Shown in pieces: positions 36,361 to 49,040 of a stretch of DNA of 64,000 nucleotides. The notes under the pieces are model-generated. The model did no database searches. It had not been told where the DNA came from and was given only the letters and a program-made list of their open reading frames with translations. The stretch is taken from contig CM075989.1 in assembly GCA_038087875.1 (NCBI GenBank), forward strand, positions 9,364,001-9,428,000, read 5' to 3'. Position numbers and translations under genes: made by a program. The stretch's first letter is position 1. Each line of letters begins with the position of its first letter. This DNA is from Malacoraja senta (taxonomy: Eukaryota).

Positions 36361-38809
36361 GTAAGTAATCATTATTATTCTTACATAGTTTTGATTGTTG
36401 GAATGGAAAAGCTTCAGTGACTGAAGTAATTATATTGCGAACTAAGGTTATAGATATCAGTTATCAAAATATCAGTTTTAATATCTTGACTGCTATTATT
36501 CTAGGACTACATTTGGCCATGGTCTCCTTAGAATGGGAGGGGGAGGGGGGGGGGGGTGGAGAAATACATTTTCGTTCAAAATGAATATAATTTTGCCTAA
36601 GAATAAATTTAAGTGGCAAGTTATTTTAGACTGTTTTAATTCAACTATTTAAGTTTTAAATTGTCAGTTTCTGAATGATTTGCAATGTTAAAATAGTCAC
36701 AGAGACGACAAAAGTTTTTATGCACTTAGTTAAGTTACGATCCTCTCATTGTAGGAATAGGAGGACCCAGTTAGCTCCTCCTGCCTGTTGCTCTAATCAG
36801 TGAGGATAATTTCTATCTTATATTTAAAATGCGCCATCTACCTAACATCAACTGTTGCTTGCAAGAGTTCCCAAATTTCTACCGTCCTCTGCACATAATG
36901 ACTTCCCAACCCCTGAGTGGCTTGGCTGCAGTTATTAGATGCATTGTAGACTGAGAATAGTTGCAGCAAGAATAGTTTCTTTTCATTAGCCCTTCATGAG
37001 TCTCTTGTAGCTTGAAAGCTCTAATTAACTCGCTCTAAACTTTCTAAATTTTAGGTTACACAACCATAGTTTGTGTGATCACTTCTCTTGATTTAAACCC
37101 TGGAAATGTTATCATTTTGGAAACATTATACTACATCGATTCCCATGCTCAGAATTATTTTTCTCTTCAACTGTAGTCTAACAAAAGCTTTGTATGGATG
37201 TGGCATATCATTTCTTGGAGTCCACCAGCTTTCAATTAAAAAGGCTTGATTTCCATTAAAAAGTTTAACAAAATTCTACACCCATTTGACATTTTAATGA
37301 TCCATGTGCATAGAACCCAAAGTCTCCTTGAAACTACATTGCTTCCAGATTTTCACAATTTATTACACTTTCAAAGTCCAAAAATATGACCACTCTAATA
37401 AAAAAACTTGAAATGCATTCACTGCCCTTTTGGTCATTCATAAACTAATATCTCAGAATTTAATATTTCAATCCATGTTGCTTGTAACCACCCCTATTGT
37501 GATATCATTGGCAAACTTTGAAACGTATTCATCATATCACTGCTATATCATTCTCCTCCTTGTGTTCTCATTATTATCAATCCCCCTCTCACTTTTAATT
37601 GCTGGCTTTGATTTTTATGTGTGTAATTTCTGTGTGTAATAACTTTGAATATCAACTCATCCACCCTCATCTTACAAGAAAAAAAACCATTCATTACTTC
37701 ATTTTTAATTCTCCAGTTTGTCAGCATCTTGGTCTGCAGGTTATTTAGCCACAGTTTACCCATATGCAATTTCAGTCCCTTTGTCCAAATATTTTTTGGG
37801 GTGAATTAATGCTGGAATTCAGCAAAGGGCTACATATAAACATCTGCCATGGAGTCCTGAGCCATTGTAGCAAATGAGGCTTGACTGGCCCTCGGTACAT
37901 AACAGTAGTAGTACTTTGTCTGCTTTTGATTTCTAAGTGAAAGCCCAAACAATCTTTATGTTGCAAAAATACTGATGTTTTTGATTTCATGGATCTGATC
38001 TCACTTCTGGAGTCAAACAATAGTCAAGTGGTGTATAGCCTTGGATTCAGTTACTAGCTTTGAGTCCTAAATGTTTGCGTTTCTCCCATAACACACTCGG
38101 ACGGCTAGCTATGTTAAGTTTTGTGCACTAACCAAGAAGTTACGACATACTTGTATCACACTCCAACCATCTCTGCTAATTATAGTTTCTGTAATGCAAG
38201 AAAAGTTGAGAAGTTTTCCAACACAGAATTAAAAGTGAGTGCAGTTTTTTAATTTGTTGAAAACTATTTGATTTAATCCCAATTTTGAAACTTATAGATT
38301 AATACAGATTATGGTGGGATAGTGGTTAAATTACTTAGACTAGCGTCTAAAGGTCTGGACTATTCATCCAGGGTCAGGAGTTCAAATTCTCCGCAGCACA
38401 TGAGGATTTTAAATTTAAGTAATTGAATCTGGAATTTAAAACACACTATAATCAAGAAAGTAGTGATTTTTTTTTTTTTATTCTTCTGATTAAAGTCCTT
38501 CAAAGAAAGAAATTGGCCATCCTTGCCACCCATGTGTGGCCTCCACATGACTGCAGTGTCACCAATGGGGTTGACTTAAATGCCTTCACTCAGGAGTAAA
38601 CAATGATGAATAATAAATACTAGCATTGCCAGCAACAGCCACATTCTGTGAACAAATAGACCTGTGATTGTCATCTGTTTAATTGCTCAGTTTAAAAATA
38701 GTTTGGCTTGCAAAGTCTGGGCTTTTAGGAACTAAGTTATGTAAATTGTTACTATCAATTTAAGTTATAATGTAAATTTGTAAGTGAAATATGTTTCATT
38801 CTTATTCAG

Positions 38810-38857
38810 GGACATATCGGGGACCAAGTGTGACTTCACAGTTCAGGTTCAGTTAAG
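38810..38857 (+). CDS. PIAS1: PIAS1 coding exon 4, 48 bp
   Basis: ttcAG|G GAC ATA TCG... = DISGTKCDFTVQVQL(R); donor GTAATG at 38858. Confidence 0.95.
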
Positions 38858-39815
38858 GTAATGCATATTATTAGTTTAGCTAAATTTCACTTGCTATTCT
38901 GTTTGCTCTCTCTCCTTCCCTGTTTTGGCTTTCCCTCTTTTTTATGTGACTTGCATAAAATGTTTAATCAATTTGTTAAATGAAATTGGGGGGAAAAAAC
39001 AGCCATGTTAGAAAAATACTATTTGGTTGTTTTCTGTAAGCTGTTTATTTAAAATACTCAACGCAACAGTTTTGGTTCAAAGCATATCATTAGTACATGG
39101 GCTTGGTGGCATTGTAAAATTACTGGATGGAGGAAATGGTAGGCCTTGAATAAACCAAGAGTTCAAGTCCAGGTCTGCAACTGGGGAAGTTATATTCATT
39201 TAGTTAAATCTGTATACAACTTGGTTGGTACAAGAATTTGCAGATGCTGGAATCTTGAGCCCAAAACAAACAATAAACTGCTGGAGGAGTAGGAATCACA
39301 GAGGAGTAGTAGTAAAAGAGTCACAGAACTCCCATTGGAGTGACGAGAACTTTTTCAAAGTGGGCAGACAGGAGATTTGGAAACGCTGAAGGGGAGTGCC
39401 GTGAAAGGGTCTCACAAAACCTCTGTTGGAGAGAAGGAGAACTTCTTCCAAGTGGGCATACTTTGAAGAAATTAGCAGTGTGTTTTTTGCCCTTGGTTTC
39501 TGTCGTAGTGGCATGGAATTACTGGATTCTTGTAACAATCCATCTGGTTCCTTGATCACTTCAGGAAGGAAATCTACAATCTTTACCTGGCTTGCTTATG
39601 ACAACTGAAATTGGAGAATATATTAATGGTGTCATTGTACAAGTTTGTACTTAAATATTATTTAATCTTACCTATCATTATCCATGTGGAGAATGCTTTG
39701 GTTCAGAATGCATTAATAATGCAAACTGTATCCATTGTTGGTTAAAGAATGGATTTTCAAAATTATGGATTAATGGAGATAATTTGATATTTATAACTTT
39801 GTTTTAATTTTCAAG

Positions 39816-39906
39816 GTTTTGTTTATCAGAAACCAGTTGTCCACAGGAAGATCATTTCCCCCCAAATCTATGTGCGAAAGTTAATGGAAAAACTTGTAAT
39901 CTTCCA
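39816..39906 (+). CDS. PIAS1: PIAS1 coding exon 5, 91 bp
   Basis: tcaAG|G TTT TGT... = FCLSETSCPQEDHFPPNLCAKVNGKTCNLP; donor GTAAGT at 39907. Confidence 0.95.
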
Positions 39907-39989
39907 GTAAGTATTGATGCGGTTGGTCTAATGGAGCTTTTCTTGGTTTGCTGTTTTGGGAAAACTTAGCAATTTTGTTTTCACCCTAG

Positions 39990-40124
39990 GGCTATCTACC
40001 ACCAACCAAAAATGGTGTTGAACCAAAGCGACCCAGCCGACCAATCAACATTACCTCACTAGTCAGATTGTCCACGACGGTGCCGAACACAATTGTGGTT
40101 TCGTGGTCAGCAGAAATCGGCAGA
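39990..40124 (+). CDS. PIAS1: PIAS1 coding exon 6 (PINIT motif), 135 bp
   Basis: cctAG|GGC TAT... = [45 protein letters not shown]; donor GTAAGC at 40125. Confidence 0.97.
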
Positions 40125-41069
40125 GTAAGCTTTGCATAATTCATCTTTACAAAGCAGTTAATTAAAGCGGTATAATGCATATGGCCCAAATTCTGGATTT
40201 AATATCAGTCAAAGGCAAGTTTAAGAAGCTTTGTTCAACTATAATTAATCTGGCCCGAGTACATTTCGGGCATGTTCTTTGGCATCGAATGCTGATCCCA
40301 ATTAAAACTTTCATCAGTATCATTCTACAATTTAACAAATCAATTAAGTGAAAAAGTGTCATACCATGTATGTATTAAAGTATACCATGATTGTATTAAT
40401 CATCTAGTAATGCTATTTATATGGCTTGACTTCTCAGAGTTGTGACTGAAGATTGCTTTAATCTGAAAAACAGTGAAGTACTAATGGCTCCTCAGTTGTC
40501 TCGCTTTCTGGGGCAATTTGAGAGTTCAATGAACTCTCAACTTGCCCCAGAAAGCGAGTTTTCTTTTTTCTCTTCCTTTCAGTAATGAGAGACACTCTAA
40601 AACATTCCAGCTAAATTTCCTGCACCAAATATCCTTACAGAAATATTTTAAAAAACTGAAGTAACTGAAGGAATGAAGTGCCTCAAAATGCAAGCAATAA
40701 AAAATCATTGTTATTTCACGCTGCTGTATTTTGTAGGGGTTGTAGAAAGCTGATTTACCTGATGGACTAGGCTTCAGCCACAACTCTAATTTCTTGGTCA
40801 TGGGCTGAGTAGTTTCCATACCATGCTGTGATGCATCCAGATAAGTGCTTTCCATGGTGCATCTGTAGAAATTGGTAAGAATCATTAGACACTTAATGAA
40901 CAAGTGATTAGCCAAGTGAGGAGGTAGAGGTGTTGGTGTGCTATCTTGGCTGGAGTATCAATGTGGTTGGAGCAGGACAAATTGTTACACCTGGGAACTA
41001 TAAGCGCTCAACCATCTCTACTTTGATACCATTGATACATATAGGCATGTGCTTTACCGTGCTCCTTCA

Positions 41070-42290
41070 TTTTGCAGACACTGAGTGAGAGATTATTGTC
41101 TGGACATGCATTAAACTCCATCTGCCATCTTTCAGCCCACTCTTCCAAATGGCCTAAATCTCACTGTAGACTTTGAAAATCTACTTCATTATCCACAACA
41201 CTACCTATCTTAGTATCATCTGCATACTTACTAATCCAATTTACCACACCATCATCCAGATCATTGATGTATATGACAAACAACAGTGGACCCAACACAG
41301 ATCCCTGAGGCACCCCACTAATCACCGGCCTCCAACATGACAAACAGTTATCCACCATTACTCTCTGGTATCTCCCATTCAGCCACTGTTGAATCCATCT
41401 TGCTACTCCACTATTAATACCCAACAGTTGAACCTTCTTAACCAACCTTCCATGTGGAACCTTGTCAAAGGCCTTACTGAAGTCTATATAGACAACATCC
41501 ACTGCTTTACCCTCATCAATTTCCCTAGTAACCTCTTCAAAAAATTCAAGAAGATGTCAAACATGACCTTCCAGGCACAAATCCATGTTGACTGTTCCTA
41601 ATCAGACCCTGTTTATCCAGATGATTATATATATTATCTCTAACTATCCTTTCCATTAATTTGCCCACCACTGACGTCAAACCAAAAGGTCTATAATTGC
41701 TAGGTTTACTCTTAGAACCCTTTTTAAACAATGGAACAACATGCGCAGTACGCCAATCCTCCGGCACCATTCCCGTTTCTAATGACATTTGAAATATTTC
41801 TGTCATAGCCCCTGCTATTTCTACACTAACTTCCCTCAATGTCCTAGGGAATATCCTGTCAGGACCTGGAGACCTATCCACTTTTATATTTTAAAAAACT
41901 ATCCTGCACACATTTTACAAACTCCAAACCATCCAGCCCTTTTACAGAATGTGTTTCCCAGTCCATGTGTGGAAAATTGAAATCTCCCACAATCACTACC
42001 TTGTGCTTACTACTAATATCTGCAATCTCCTTACATATTTGCTCTTCCAATTCTCACTCCCCATTAGGCGGTCTATAATACACCCCTATAAGTGTTGCTA
42101 CACCTTTCCCATTTCTCAGTTCCACCCAAATAGCCTCCCTAGACGAGCACTCTAATCTATCCTGCCAAAGCACTGCTGTAATATCTTCCCTGACAAGCAA
42201 TGCAACACCTCCACCTCTTGCCCCTCCAATTCTATCATACCTGAAGCAACGAAATCCTGGAATATTATGTTTCCAATCACAGCCATCCTT
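41070..42290 (-). mobile_element. Internally deleted CR1 ORF2 fragment
   Basis: DVVYIDFSKAFDKVPH, GVPQGSVLGP, KYADD, SPGPDRIFPR; EN remnant (RGGGVALLV) near 42190-42230. Confidence 0.88.
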
Positions 42291-42302
42291 TCACCTTTAT
42301 GA

Positions 42303-43147
42303 TTCAAGTCAAGTCAAGTCACATGTATTTATATAGCACATTTAAAAAACAACTCTCGTTGGCCAAAGTGCTTTACATTTGTTATAAGAATAGCACAAAA
42401 CAAAACAAACTACATACATATATACATGTAGCCCTCACTCAGAGGACGTCAGGAAAGGCTTGGGAGTATAGATAAGTCTTTAGTCTTGACTTAAAAGAGT
42501 CGATGGAGGGGGCAGTTCTGATGGGAAAGGGGATGCTGTTCCACAGTCATGGGGCTGCAACCACAAAGGCGCGGTCGCCCCTGAGCTTATGCCTAGACCG
42601 TGGGATATTCAGCAACCCCAAGTCGGCCGATCTGAGGGGCCTGGAGGTGGAGTGGTGGGTGAGAAGACTTTTTATGCAGGTGGGGGCAAGCCCATTGAGG
42701 GCTTTGTAGACATGGAGGAGGATCTTGAAGTTTATACGGAATCGCACAGGGAGCCAGTGGAGAGAGGCCAGGATTGGGGTGATGTGGTCCCTTTTTCGGG
42801 TGCCCGTCAGGAGTCTTGCTGCGGCGTTTTGGACCGGTTGCAGGCGGGACAGGGAAGATTGGCTGATGCCAGTGTAAAGGGAGTTGCAGTAATCTAGGCG
42901 GGAGGAGATGAATGTGTGGGTGATCTTTTCGATGTCAAACTGGAGGAATTGTATTATTTTAGCTATTGTCCGAAGCTGAAAGAAGCTAGCTTTTACCACG
43001 GCATTGACTTGTTTGTCAAATATCAGTGCTGAGTCAAATATCACGCCAAGGTTTTTGACGTGAGGTTTGAGTAGTGGGGTAAGGCTTCCAAGGCTGCCTG
43101 CTATCATTTTGATTGAGTACGAGGGGCCAAGAAGGATGACCTCAGAC
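42303..43147 (-). mobile_element. 5'-truncated L2 LINE
   Basis: ORF 42547-43107(-): KNLGVIFD, SSRLDYCNSL, QNAAARL, HITPILASLHWLPV. Tail AAATGTGCTATATAAATACATGT(GACTT)n. Confidence 0.9.
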
Positions 43148-44130
43148 TTACTCTCGTTTAGATTGCAGTCTGTGGGTCAAGAAGAATGAGTTCTCGGTCC
43201 CAGGAATTTGGAGATAAGTGGTTAGAATTATGGTGTTATAAGGCAGAGCTATAGTCAATAAATAGTAGTCTGGTGTAGGTGACCTTGTTATCCAGGTATT
43301 CCAAGGATGAATGTAAGGACAGGGGAATGGAGCCTGCCATTGACCTATTGTAGCAGTAGGCAAATTGCTGTGGATCAAGAGCTGGAGCTGATGTGTGCCA
43401 TGGTCAGCCTCTGAAAGCACTTCACAGCTACTGGACGGTCATCATTAAGGCACATTATCTTGTTTTTCTTTGGCACCGGGATTATGGTGATCCTTGTAGA
43501 GTAGGTGGGATCCTCAGAACAGCATAGAGGGCTGGTTAAAGATGTCCATGAGTGCTCTCGCCAGCAGGTCTGTGCAGCTTTTGAGGACATGGCAGAGGAC
43601 TTCAACAAGGTACGTGCAGGTTCACTCTCAGGATGGCTTATCTGACATCTGCAACGGTACTGTTGCATGCGAGGCTTTTGGGGCAGGTGATGTCATTTCC
43701 CTGATCCTCTGTCCAAAACGAGTATAGAATGCGTTTGAGCTTGTGGCAGTGATGCCTTGTTGCCAGCAATTCTGCCTGACTTTGCTTTGAATTCCGTTAT
43801 ATGTCAGCCTTGCCGTAATAAACAGATGGCTGCGTGGTTAGTCAGGGACTTGCATGATCTGGTATTGTCTCTTGGTGACCCTGATGGCTTTGCAAAAGTA
43901 GTATCTAGATTTCCTGTACCGGCCAGGGGTCACCCGACTTGAAATGTGCATCAAGTGAATCACATGGCTCTTCCAGTTTCCAGTTGGGGTGCACTTAAAT
44001 TGACTTTGACACAAAGTCCTCTATACACTTACGGATAAAGCCTGTGATGGAAGTGGAATTGGACATTGAGTCCTTCAATGTGGACCAGTCCACCAACTCA
44101 AAGCAGTCACATAGGAGCTCACAGGAGCCG

Positions 44131-44716
44131 GTCTGAAGAAGAGTCTCGATCCGAAACGTCATCCAAGATGTGGACTCTTATACATCGGCGAGACCAAAAG
44201 CAGACTGGGCGATCGTTTTGCGGACACCTTCGCTCAGCCGCGTGAACCAACCTGATTTCCCGGTTGCTGGACAGTTTAATTCTCCTTCCCATTCCTACAC
44301 AGACCTTTCTGTCCTCGGTCTCCTCCATTGTCAAAGTGAGGCTAAATGCAAATTGGAGGAACAGCATTTCATATTTCGCTTGGGCAACTTACAGCCCAGT
44401 GGTATGAATATTGCTTTCTCTCACTTCAGGTAGCCCCGGCATTCCCTATCTCTCTCTATTCCCTCCCCCACGTCGCACTAGCTTCTCATTTTCACCCCAC
44501 AAACAGCTTACAATGAATGGCCTGTTTTCTTTATCATCGTTACTTTTTGCAAATCTTTCATTCATTGTTCCTTACCTCTCCACATCACCGTCTATATCTC
44601 CCGTTTCCCTTATCCCTAAACAGTCTGAAGAAGGGTCTCGACCCGAAATGTCACCCATTCCTTCTCTCTAGAGATGCTGCCTGTCCGCTGAGTTACTCCA
44701 GCATTTTGTGTCTATC
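44131..44716 (+). mobile_element. Penelope-like 3' fragment with two hammerhead-like motifs
   Basis: LLYIGETK..LGDRF, KLEEQHFIFRLGNLQPSGMNI; motifs at 44133-44160 and 44625-44652. Confidence 0.85.
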
Positions 44717-45832
44717 TATTAGTAGCAATGTGCTGTTCATCCAGTGCAACCTTCACATCCACATGGGCTGGGATATAAACTGTTGGGTAATAGTGTTACA
44801 AAATCAACTGAGCTTTTTTGATGCAGGCAGCTTGCAAGTTGTTAATTACCTTTCAGGGACTCCCAAGATCTATTTACAGTTAATGTTTGTCATATGTATT
44901 TCTTTATTTTGTTAAACATTTTCTGTTGAGAGTTAGCCTAGAATACTTAAGGGAATTGCAGATAACTGTGGTTTTATGGTGTGAATCCACCTCTTGGGAT
45001 GAAGGGTCTCTCGGAACTTTGTGGTTATTTTTGTGAAACCTTTGAGGATTGTTCAGTGTGCTAAATGTCCTTTTTTTGGAACCACCTTTCCACTTTGAAA
45101 TGTGTAATGTTTGTGGCACTTCCATTGCAATCCAGCACAACGATGGAAGATCAACGATAATTTCATTAACTGTGGGCAGCGGAAAGCCATACCTGGATTG
45201 CTTTGACTTAATCTTGTAATTGTTTCTGTTAGAAAACAAGTCCAAACGGGGACAGCATACTTTGTAACTAACTGCACCATCTGTTAGAATTCTCAGATCG
45301 AATCTTTGTTGACAGATGTTGTAGTAGTTTTTGGCAAATTCTGTCTATTCAAATGCATAATAGGGTAGAGCTTTAATAGTAAATTCTAATTGTATCACGT
45401 AGGGCAATTTCAGTGGAAATCAAAGGTTATGTTTAACCATTCCCACAATGGTCTTTAGCTTGATCTCCTACCGCAGATATTAATTCAGATGGGTTAGAAT
45501 GCAGTGGTCTTTAATATTTTTAGCGAGATGAAATGGTCGGAGAGAAATGTAAGACAAAGTAGTTCAGATATTATACATCCCTCACTTTAATGATAATATA
45601 TTCCAACAAACACACTGCTTCCAGGTCTATTTATATACTTTGATACTAAAGATAGTTGATGGGCTGAATGGCCTAATTCTACTCTTATTCCTTATGACCT
45701 TACATGTCAAAAGCAAATCAATGCCTGATAACTTATAGTACAAGTTTTTCTAATTTATTATACATCAATTACTTGATGTTGTGTTGCATTTAATTTGCGA
45801 ACTTTGGGAAACTGATATTCCTTTCCTCTGTA

Positions 45833-45995
45833 GACAAAAAATGCTGGAGAAACTCAGTGGGTGAGGCAGCATCCATGGAGAGAAGGAATAGGCGATGTTT
45901 CGGGTTGAGACCTTTCTTCAGTCTTTATTCCTTCTCTCCATGGATGCTGCTTCACCCGCTGAGTTTCTCCAGCATTTTTTGTCTACCTCTGATTT
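45833..45995. mobile_element. Short foldback PLE-derived element with TSD
   Basis: Arms of ~60 bp are reverse complements around the hammerhead-like motif; direct repeat TTCCTTTCCTCTGTA at 45818-45832 and 45996-46010. Confidence 0.85.
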
Positions 45996-46147
45996 TTCCT
46001 TTCCTCTGTAAATTGTGATTAAGCATTTTACTACGTGAACTAATACTCCTATGTTTTTAAGATGCATCTGTGAATAAGTTCAAATTTGAAGTAAATAACA
46101 CGTACAGATTTAACAATTATGACATAGTCGCACAACATGAAAACTGA

Positions 46148-46266
46148 AAGCCCCCCCCCCCCGGACATCAGTCTGAAGAAGGGTCTCGACCTGAAACGTC
46201 GCCAATTCCTTCTCTCCATAGATGCTGCCTCACCCACTGAGTTTCTCCAGCATTTTTTGTCTACCT
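46148..46266 (+). mobile_element. Minimal PLE 3'-end insertion with TSD
   Basis: Hammerhead-like motif at 46173-46200 plus PLE terminus; TSD ATGAAAACTGA at 46137-46147 and 46267-46277. Confidence 0.85.
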
Positions 46267-47803
46267 ATGAAAACTGACAGGTCATCGATCCAGAGTGTGC
46301 CAGCAATCAAGTTCCTACTGTCACTAATCCTGTTATATTCTCTCCACATTTCCCTCAACTCTAGTTTCCCCTTCATCCCTTCGCTCCCTCCCACCTGTTT
46401 GCATTCTGCCACTCACTTGCACATTACGAGCAATATACTGTGGCCAATTAATCTCCCAACCAGCTCATCTTTGCTACGTGGCATTAAATGGGACTACCCG
46501 GTGGAAACCCACGTGGTCACAATGGAACATGCAAACTCCGCACAGGTGGCGACAGAGATCGGGATCGAACCTGGAGTGTGGCTCTACCAATTGAGGCACT
46601 GAATATTGTTATTGTCCATGGGAGGTCATGTATATCCACTTCAGACAAAGTTGCAGTTTCTGCATCTTACTGTAACAAAGATGTTGTCTATGCTGAGTGT
46701 TCAACATTTTCTGCTTCCTTTTCCAAGAAATAGTCCTTTGAGCCCTCTGTCCAATGAAATAGTTTACGCCTACAGATTTCTTTAAACTTTCTTTAAATGC
46801 AAATATATTTTATCCACGCAGATACAGTTTAAAAATAAACTCCCCTGCTTTGTAATTCTAAATCTTGATTTTTGTAAACTGCAGACCGTGCATGGATTAA
46901 AATTTCAAGGGTAGTCGCGATATCGCATTCTGTTTGGCCTGGAGCAATGAACGAGGTGTGCTACAAATGTAGACTCAAGTAGTTGACCTGCTAATATTTA
47001 TGTTTCAAATGGCAGTTCAAGCAGCTAATGTACTTTTAACAGGCAATAAGTTGAGACAATGAATCCTAGGCATAGTGTCGTTATTTGTTGGGGTGCCCAC
47101 ACAAGCCTTTCAAACCACGTTTCCAAATTGAGTGGTCTTAACTAAACAATTATTAAATCGCAGTGGGATGCTAATTTGAAGTGGTCTTGGCTTATGGGTT
47201 TACTATCTTGGTATAGGAGCCTATACGATCAATTGGGCCCTTGTTTTATCAATACACATTTTTTTCCGTAAAAGATGAATGAGAATGAGATATTTCCGCT
47301 TTTTTCAAGACGTAAACATCTGGAGTTTATTGCGTAGTTGTAATTAACCATTGTTTAAAATTAGAATGCTGGTAGGTGATCTCAATGTTGGTTATTATAG
47401 TCAAGTCCAATCCGTTTCCCTTCTGTCTGACGAGAGTGCGATAACAGCTTGAAGTCGAGATCAACTCTGTTATTTCCATCTTCCCCCACCACCTATCAGG
47501 CATAATAAAGATACTTTATAGTCTGACAGCTAATATAAAATCAGAGACTAAAATAAAGTTCAGCTAAGTATTGTGGCATAATGACATTTTAAATGACCAA
47601 AAATCTTCAATGTATTTACCCCCCCACAAGAATGTTTTCACATTTTAGAAAGGTATTCTGAAATGTTAATGTATACTTTATACATTAAGTGCAAAATCCA
47701 AATTTAAATTAGTACAAATATATTCTGATGCAAGCTTTGAAATCAATAAAATATTTCTATAGCTAGGTTGTGGTTGATGAACATGCATATTTTCTTTCAC
47801 CAG

Positions 47804-47909
47804 AGCTACTCCATGGCAGTTTACCTTGTAAAACAGTTGACTTCTGCTGTGTTGCTTCAACGACTACGAGCAAAAGGAATAAGGAACCCCGACCATTCCA
47901 GAGCATTAA
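47804..47909 (+). CDS. PIAS1: PIAS1 coding exon 7, 106 bp
   Basis: accAG|AGC TAC TCC ATG... = SYSMAVYLVKQLTSAVLLQRLRAKGIRNPDHSRAL; donor GTAAGC at 47910. Confidence 0.96.
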
Positions 47910-48637
47910 GTAAGCACAAAGATTGACAAGTAAAATATTTGCATGGCAGTGTCTTTGTGTGATTTAAAAACTCATCTATCTGGTTAGTACTTTTGCTCTT
48001 GGTAACTGAATTGAATGTGAGTATAGCTAAAAACTTACCATTAGTTAATTATATGCTGAAAGCATCTGCTGTTTCCATGTACATGGGACCTGTGTGTTTT
48101 AGCATTTTATCTCTCACTTCCTCAGTGAGTGTATTCTTTCCTTACCCATCCTGAAAGTATGATGGAGGATATCTTTATAGGTTACAGCAGCAAACAATTG
48201 TCATTGATTTTCCTCTGACTTGAACAATGAGTACAAGCATGCCGTTTGACAGCAAAGGGGTAGATGGCACTGCTGAAACCGATTATGTTCATGACTGTGG
48301 TAGTCATGTATACCTTCTACCACGGTTCATTGTTCATGCATTTGAGAGCCCTAATTAGTTTTCTCTTCCTTAAATTATGTCTGAGAAGGGCAACAAATTA
48401 TTTGCAAACAGTACAGCTAAGCTTTCATGATGACAGCTCATTAGAGATGTAATCACTCATTAGCGATCTAAGCCTTGGGCCACTGTGAGCTATGTGATGC
48501 TCAGTCACACAATTTGAACCATTTTATAAGGTATCACCAAAGATGATTTCTGGACAGCAACCCACAGAATGATCCCATGTTGCTTGGCTTGTAGAATGAT
48601 ACTTCAAACGGTAGAGTTCTCCATCTTTAAATGTGTA

Positions 48638-49040
48638 CTAGACCAAGTGCAGACCCGTTGGGTCTGGACCCCGAACGTGCTTCAGACCCGGGGTCTGGTT
48701 CCCGAACGTGCTTCAGCGAAAGAAAAAAAATGGCGGCGTTTTTGGAGCAGAGCCGGGTGGCAGCAGCCGTTATGGTGGCTGGCCAGCAGGAGGAGACAAA
48801 ATTAGTGAGTGGAGGGGGGGGAGGGGGGAGATGGATTTTATTTTAAAATATGTACATAAAAATGTCTAAATCTAATAAGGAGTGTGTTAGGGTATGTAAA
48901 AGTGTAATGTCTAGCGAAATGGAAAAAATCGTGGAGTTTGGTTTTGGCGGAGCAAGGAATCAAAGGCCAAATGTGACACCAACAAATAAATAAACACATC
49001 CACACACACATCCACACACACACAGAGTTTTAATAGTATA
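48638..49040 (-). mobile_element. Non-autonomous Helitron-like unit 1
   Basis: Minus strand ends hairpin AGACCC-AAC-GGGTCT + GCACTTGGT-CTAG|T. The other end is ...ACTATTAAAACTCTG(TG)n. Confidence 0.8.

Larger units (their letters stand above)
40750..43760 (-). mobile_element. Rex1/Babar relic (40750-41065 and 43150-43760) hosting CR1 and L2 insertions
   Basis: LTNFYRCTMES (40526-40915 ORF) and IIPVPKK..CLNDDRPVA..KCFQRL (43375-43668 ORF) are Rex1/Babar RT motifs in collinear order. Confidence 0.7.
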
